Assembly (NCBI RefSeq): GCF_900232105.1
Contig: NZ_LT934425.1
Location: 510,001-542,000 of the forward strand
Length of the DNA: 32,000 nucleotides
Direction: 5' to 3'
Source of the DNA: Candidatus Kuenenia stuttgartensis
GTDB lineage: Bacteria; Planctomycetota; Brocadiia; Brocadiales; Brocadiaceae
The translations under genes were made by a program, and so were the position numbers. Positions within the stretch are counted from its first letter, which is position 1. Each line of letters opens with the position of its first letter. The notes below the pieces were generated by a model. The model saw only the letters and a program-made list of their open reading frames with translations. It was not told the origin of the DNA and searched no databases. Positions 29,101-32,000 of the stretch are shown piece after piece.

Positions 29101-30140
29101 ATGAGATTGCGAGGGTTTACGGCTGGGCGCTGATGCTTGAAGAGGCAAACGAGGCATATGAAAAACTCTGCGAAGATTTTCCCGATAATCATGAACTCTA
29201 TTGGGAATGGCAGGCAAAGAAAAATAACTGGTTAAGGCGAAAGCGAACGGCGGTTTCTTATTATGAAAAATTAGTGGAGCGTCACCCGGAAGATGCGGAG
29301 CTGGTATTTGATCTGGGGCAATTATATTCGCAGCTCAATTTGAGCCGGAAATCGGAAGATACGTACAGAAAACTGCTTGTTTATGAACCGGGACATAACC
29401 GGGCGCTATTTGCAGCGGATTCAGAGAAATGGCGCAGAAAACAATCAGCCGGATTAAAAATTACGTACATCCATCAGGATGGAACAGGCGATACGTTCGG
29501 GAATTTTGAAATAACACGGTTCAGAACAGATGCGAATTACAAGCCGGCACGGATAATGGAGGCAACAGACGTTTCGTTGGGTCTTGGACATACCACATTC
29601 AATTTTTTGGACCATACCGGATCTACGGCAGATCATCTTTGGCTTAAGGGGAACAAAGATTTCCGGAATGGCGTTATGATATATTTAAACGGTGAATTGT
29701 CCACCTATACGGAAAACAATAAAGAAACGGTTCAATTTGAAACAGGCATACATTATCAAATAGCCGAATTGTTTGATGCTACCGTGTTTACAGGGAGAGA
29801 GGATGTCCTTGAGAATTTTATCACATTAAGCAATCACAGGGCACGCTACTATACCGGCGGGCGGATTATGTGGGATATTGATAAACGTGTTGACGTATAT
29901 GCGCAGGGGAAACAGTACTGGTATAATGACTGGAACGATGGCTTTGAGTATGACGTGTCTGTTGGGTATAAATTTTTTGTATATCCGAGGATTTTAAAAT
30001 TATCCGTACTACTATCCATCAATTTCTTGTTTTTTATGCGTGTTTTTCATGCCGCCATTTCCGTAAGTGCTTTAATATCAAGGGCTGAAGCGGTCATCAG
30101 TGAACAAGAGAACTTCTGGCCTTTCTCCGTCAAAACATAG
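26187..30140 (+). CDS. very large TPR protein with C-terminal beta-barrel (PelB/BcsC/PgaA-like architecture); 3' end altered by an insertion
   Basis: N-terminal TM, TPR-type repeats over most of the length (e.g. AEKLVERHPEDAELVFDLGQLYSQLNLSRKSEDTYRKLL), C-terminal amphipathic barrel strands. The last ~40 codons lie in the adjacent mobile element. Confidence 0.8.
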   Translation: MKKHHIRYDGRKLQPPRIKHSLRLLAVYCGFFLLILALNGVASVQTNWADNYHRPENIFEKGCNETPALFTGINKYLLANNAPHDLVAMQWFLDGNVMAKQADIFTVEAASFAEVEDAKQHTMRVSRMVPFPVWLEQRDHIYVICAGYSTRQDDLLPYVESIKKNGYPKASLGIVSLKDRKVILEASPSLEIKRKGDEQSLEIMRKKQVGTGRVDLSDVEEKLLESDEASEEFFQTYEGDYYIGKAWRSYHAGNFDMAIEFFQFAASFTETANEAYLGTAYCYIEQDRKDEALSIFDKLVAERFKLKEIAGVLAKIEYFDKALEVCNKVLYTDPFNADFLMLKLNILLQRKNYDEMRTILAGVPNDKNTLELLLLGADIEAWSKNYEKAIEKYQQLTEQFPEEGKAWLGYLKTVTWSKNWLLLSDILPQGIEKIEMTDDDRPFFVDAFLALGNIEKALAVWDEMDANAKDWSKSLSAIVDKYMSLGKLEEATHLLEKVLATRKKDIHLAEQLALNYFYSEMPEKGFEVIGQFQTDPEAQLNIELTRAEIFALLKNYEASLSILQTIDVSKEEGNRAETVELESYYGLEKDEQLLEKAALYLEKPPEEDIIDRAKILTLSILSRIRIGQYKDAEKEIELLSTMLPEDYGAAILRVLLKNASKQLTDRDESILALGKQLSEYSKDVAMVRPQLLGDETLYDQTKILSMHILEAWRIAGELSNYKNKDVLQQLARAEYKAGNYQQSFDIYTGLYEEENNERYKMGMVECMLDYGNIKKATELFDEIQMLRLPPKDVPRYFESMIRLQKDEVLFFNTKLSQLPEDSAATVTMKTLVIIERLMNGDEVFADNEIKRYLTERQEEVSIFRLTLSRMGYFEKGLMGKCYAFVKNQYLKAIEQYPEDTGIRYEYAKHLASHREYAPAIEQHLALYELDPNDYRTVKWLARLYSWTKQFVEGLQWYEKYGEIRQGDLAVRHEIARVYGWALMLEEANEAYEKLCEDFPDNHELYWEWQAKKNNWLRRKRTAVSYYEKLVERHPEDAELVFDLGQLYSQLNLSRKSEDTYRKLLVYEPGHNRALFAADSEKWRRKQSAGLKITYIHQDGTGDTFGNFEITRFRTDANYKPARIMEATDVSLGLGHTTFNFLDHTGSTADHLWLKGNKDFRNGVMIYLNGELSTYTENNKETVQFETGIHYQIAELFDATVFTGREDVLENFITLSNHRARYYTGGRIMWDIDKRVDVYAQGKQYWYNDWNDGFEYDVSVGYKFFVYPRILKLSVLLSINFLFFMRVFHAAISVSALISRAEAVISEQENFWPFSVKT

Positions 30141-31644
30141 CGGTTGGCCCTCGGAACTTTGCGGATTAGACCGTGTGCCCGCAGCATCTTTATCCGTCGG
30201 GTCGTTCGTCCGGAATATTTCTTTTGCTGATCCTTGCCGGATTGTTCGGATTCCCGGTAAAGCCACTTACGCAAATCATGGTTGCGGAATCCATTTATCG
30301 CGTTTTCGCCTTTGGACAGGAACATCAGCATCTGGTAATCATCCTGCTGCCAGGGATTCAAACCTCGATACCTCTTGCCCTCTTTGACAACCTTGTTACA
30401 AGCGCTGCTCACCACTTCTTTCAGTTTCTCCTCTACCTGAGCCGCCGCCAAAGCATCCCCATAACGATCATTGCATTGTTGGCTCACCTCACACCGTCGA
30501 TGAAGATCGCTTACGCCCTTACGCATCTTCTGCCATGACGCCGGTTTGCCTTCATCATCATTGGGACTCCGAAAGACCTTAAAGTCCCGCGTATTATTGA
30601 TCGTTGTCTCAATACGCAAGAGACTACCGCTCTTGTTATACATCTTCACTGAATTATAATTCACACTGTGCTTGACCCGTATACCTTCATAGCGTCTTCG
30701 ATAGTCGCTGATAACCTCATCAGGGGCAGCGCCTGCAAGGTTACGCCTACCCAAATACTTCATCACCGAAGAACTGTCGCAAACCCGCATCGCATGATGA
30801 ACAAACGATGGAAACAACTCCTCCAATGCCTCAACCGATTTAAACATGATGTCCGTCGCCCACTCCGTCTCATCCGCAGACCAGTAATACTCCGGTTCCA
30901 ACGGACGAAGAATCTGCGACAATGCCGGGCAACTGCCCAACGCAAGCCCGTTCAGCAGCTTCGCCCAGTCAGTCTTAAGCTGCTCATGGAGCAGAACCTG
31001 CGCAGCCGCAATATCCTCTATACGCACAAAACAGTTGCCGTCCTTAACATAATCAATACCTTGCTTCTGAAGTTGCCGCTCCAGCCAATGACGACCATTG
31101 AGACAAATGAAAATATTAAACGGCGCCCAACTCTGGATACGAACATGACCAAAACCAAACACTGGATCGTTAAAATAATGATACACAAAGACACACTTGC
31201 GGGGCGCCATTACCAACTCGAGCTTCTTGCTGGCCTTGTTGCCCTTGACCATCGGCGCAATACAAGGCTCTACCACACTCAACAGGCAGATGGAACCTTC
31301 CGTAATCCTCTTATCCGCCGCGATCTGGCGAGCCAACTTCTCCTTATCAACACCGCTGCTCATCAAATACCGCACCTCGATACCCAAATCTTTCGCCCGC
31401 GATTCACAACTGTCTCGCACCTGTGCCGTAAGCCCATTGACCCAACCGGAAAAATCCTTAAGCAGAATTCTCGCTTGGTTCATGAATGTTCCCATCCCAC
31501 GCTCACTGGCCAACCACCGCAATGTCCCGCGAAAACGAATCCTGTCCAGACCGCTTATTGCACCCACGATCCTGTCTCGATATAATTCCATCAACTTATT
31601 CATAAGTAGTGTCCTCCAAATTGTCTGATTACTATTTACGAGGA
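30016..31644 (-). mobile_element. putative unclassified insertion element bounded by 9-bp direct repeats TACTACTAT
   Basis: tactactat at 30007-30015 and 31645-31653 flank a single large ORF (30047-31603). The left boundary lies inside the TPR/barrel gene. Confidence 0.5.
30047..31603 (-). CDS. hypothetical protein (519 codons including stop), high-copy mobile-element-like family in planctomycetes, C-terminal winged-helix-like
   Basis: MNKLMELYRDRIVGAISGLDRIRFRGTLRWLASERGMGTFMNQ...KCVFVYHYFNDPVFGFGHVRIQSWAPFNIFICLNGRHWLERQL...TRRIKMLRAHGLIRKVPRANRYVLTEKGQKF. Confidence 0.7.
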   Translation of the reverse strand: MNKLMELYRDRIVGAISGLDRIRFRGTLRWLASERGMGTFMNQARILLKDFSGWVNGLTAQVRDSCESRAKDLGIEVRYLMSSGVDKEKLARQIAADKRITEGSICLLSVVEPCIAPMVKGNKASKKLELVMAPRKCVFVYHYFNDPVFGFGHVRIQSWAPFNIFICLNGRHWLERQLQKQGIDYVKDGNCFVRIEDIAAAQVLLHEQLKTDWAKLLNGLALGSCPALSQILRPLEPEYYWSADETEWATDIMFKSVEALEELFPSFVHHAMRVCDSSSVMKYLGRRNLAGAAPDEVISDYRRRYEGIRVKHSVNYNSVKMYNKSGSLLRIETTINNTRDFKVFRSPNDDEGKPASWQKMRKGVSDLHRRCEVSQQCNDRYGDALAAAQVEEKLKEVVSSACNKVVKEGKRYRGLNPWQQDDYQMLMFLSKGENAINGFRNHDLRKWLYRESEQSGKDQQKKYSGRTTRRIKMLRAHGLIRKVPRANRYVLTEKGQKFSCSLMTASALDIKALTEMAA

Positions 31645-31735
31645 TACTACTATACTTTATAATAAACTAAAAATCACCTTTTTGGTTGCGGCCAAAGGCC
31701 GCGCTAGGAATTTAGTGGACTTAGATAATAGAAAT

Positions 31736-31773
31736 TTTTAAATTTTGAATTACCGGTAATTCAAAATTTAAAA
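31736..31773. repeat. 38-bp perfect palindrome
   Basis: ttttaaattttgaattaccggtaattcaaaatttaaaa, centred at 31754/31755. Confidence 0.9.
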
Positions 31774-31836
31774 TTAAACATTTCGTAACACTTTTGTTTT
31801 TTGAGAAATTTAGGGAGACACAAAAACAATGTAGCT

Positions 31837-31995
31837 CATGTAGCCCCGTTATGGGCGATCTGTTTGTAGCGCAATAAAATTCCACCATGGTAAATAGCTC
31901 CGTAGGAGCGGCCTGTATAGAATTGACAGGAAGACAGGCCGCTCCTGACGGAGCTTATAGGGCATACGTTTTTCAAAAGACTAAAGTGTTACAAT
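31837..31995. repeat. dispersed intergenic repeat (copy B)
   Basis: catgtagccccgttatgggcgatctgtttgtagcgcaataaaattcc...gctccgtaggagcggcctgt...acaggccgctcctgacggagcttata...ctaaagtgttacaa; compare 19379-19634. Confidence 0.85.
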
Positions 31996-32000
31996 ATTTC

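Noticed and set aside
26715-29636. Small minus-strand ORFs across the TPR gene
   Set aside because: Antisense frames of a long, repeat-structured coding region with no RBS or recognisable domains.
30668-31585. 305-aa plus-strand ORF and other antisense ORFs over the 519-codon gene
   Set aside because: Opposite-strand shadow of a coherent coding sequence; composition is unusual and lacks motifs.

Overview
The window looks like chromosomal DNA from an anammox-type planctomycete (Kuenenia/Brocadia-like). That assignment is inferred from gene content and repeat style, not tested. From left to right it contains: (1) a four-helix-bundle (S23/IVP-like) gene and a stand-alone cas6 gene whose coding sequence and 3' flank carry in-frame 9-bp tandem repeats; (2) a compact putative transposon (about 1.9-5.5 kb) with four genes: a DUF6431-like zinc-ribbon protein, a D,D(35)E Mu/TniA-type transposase split by an apparent +1 frameshift, an ExeA/TniB-like AAA ATPase, and a small CHC2/DnaG-type zinc-finger protein; (3) parA plus a non-ParB partner; (4) an M20 amidohydrolase; (5) a minus-strand Zn/Mn-type ABC uptake locus that also includes an N-acetylmuramoyl-L-alanine amidase, an outer-membrane porin and a small Cys/His protein; (6) an SLC13/TrkA-C permease; (7) a DUF6754-like membrane protein followed by three tightly linked uncharacterised membrane proteins; (8) a SAM methyltransferase gene interrupted by an in-frame TAG, which the ORF track misses; (9) a sulfatase-fold hydrolase lacking the canonical formylglycine motif; (10) a roughly 1300-aa TPR/beta-barrel protein of PelB/BcsC-like architecture whose 3' end appears disrupted by an unclassified 519-codon mobile-like ORF bounded by 9-bp direct repeats. 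Intergenic regions are rich in dispersed palindromic, MITE-like elements. No CRISPR array, tRNA or rRNA was recognised. The best candidates for something undescribed are the four-gene transposon, the unclassified element at 30-31.6 kb, the DUF6754 membrane operon, and the 9-bp repeats colonising cas6.
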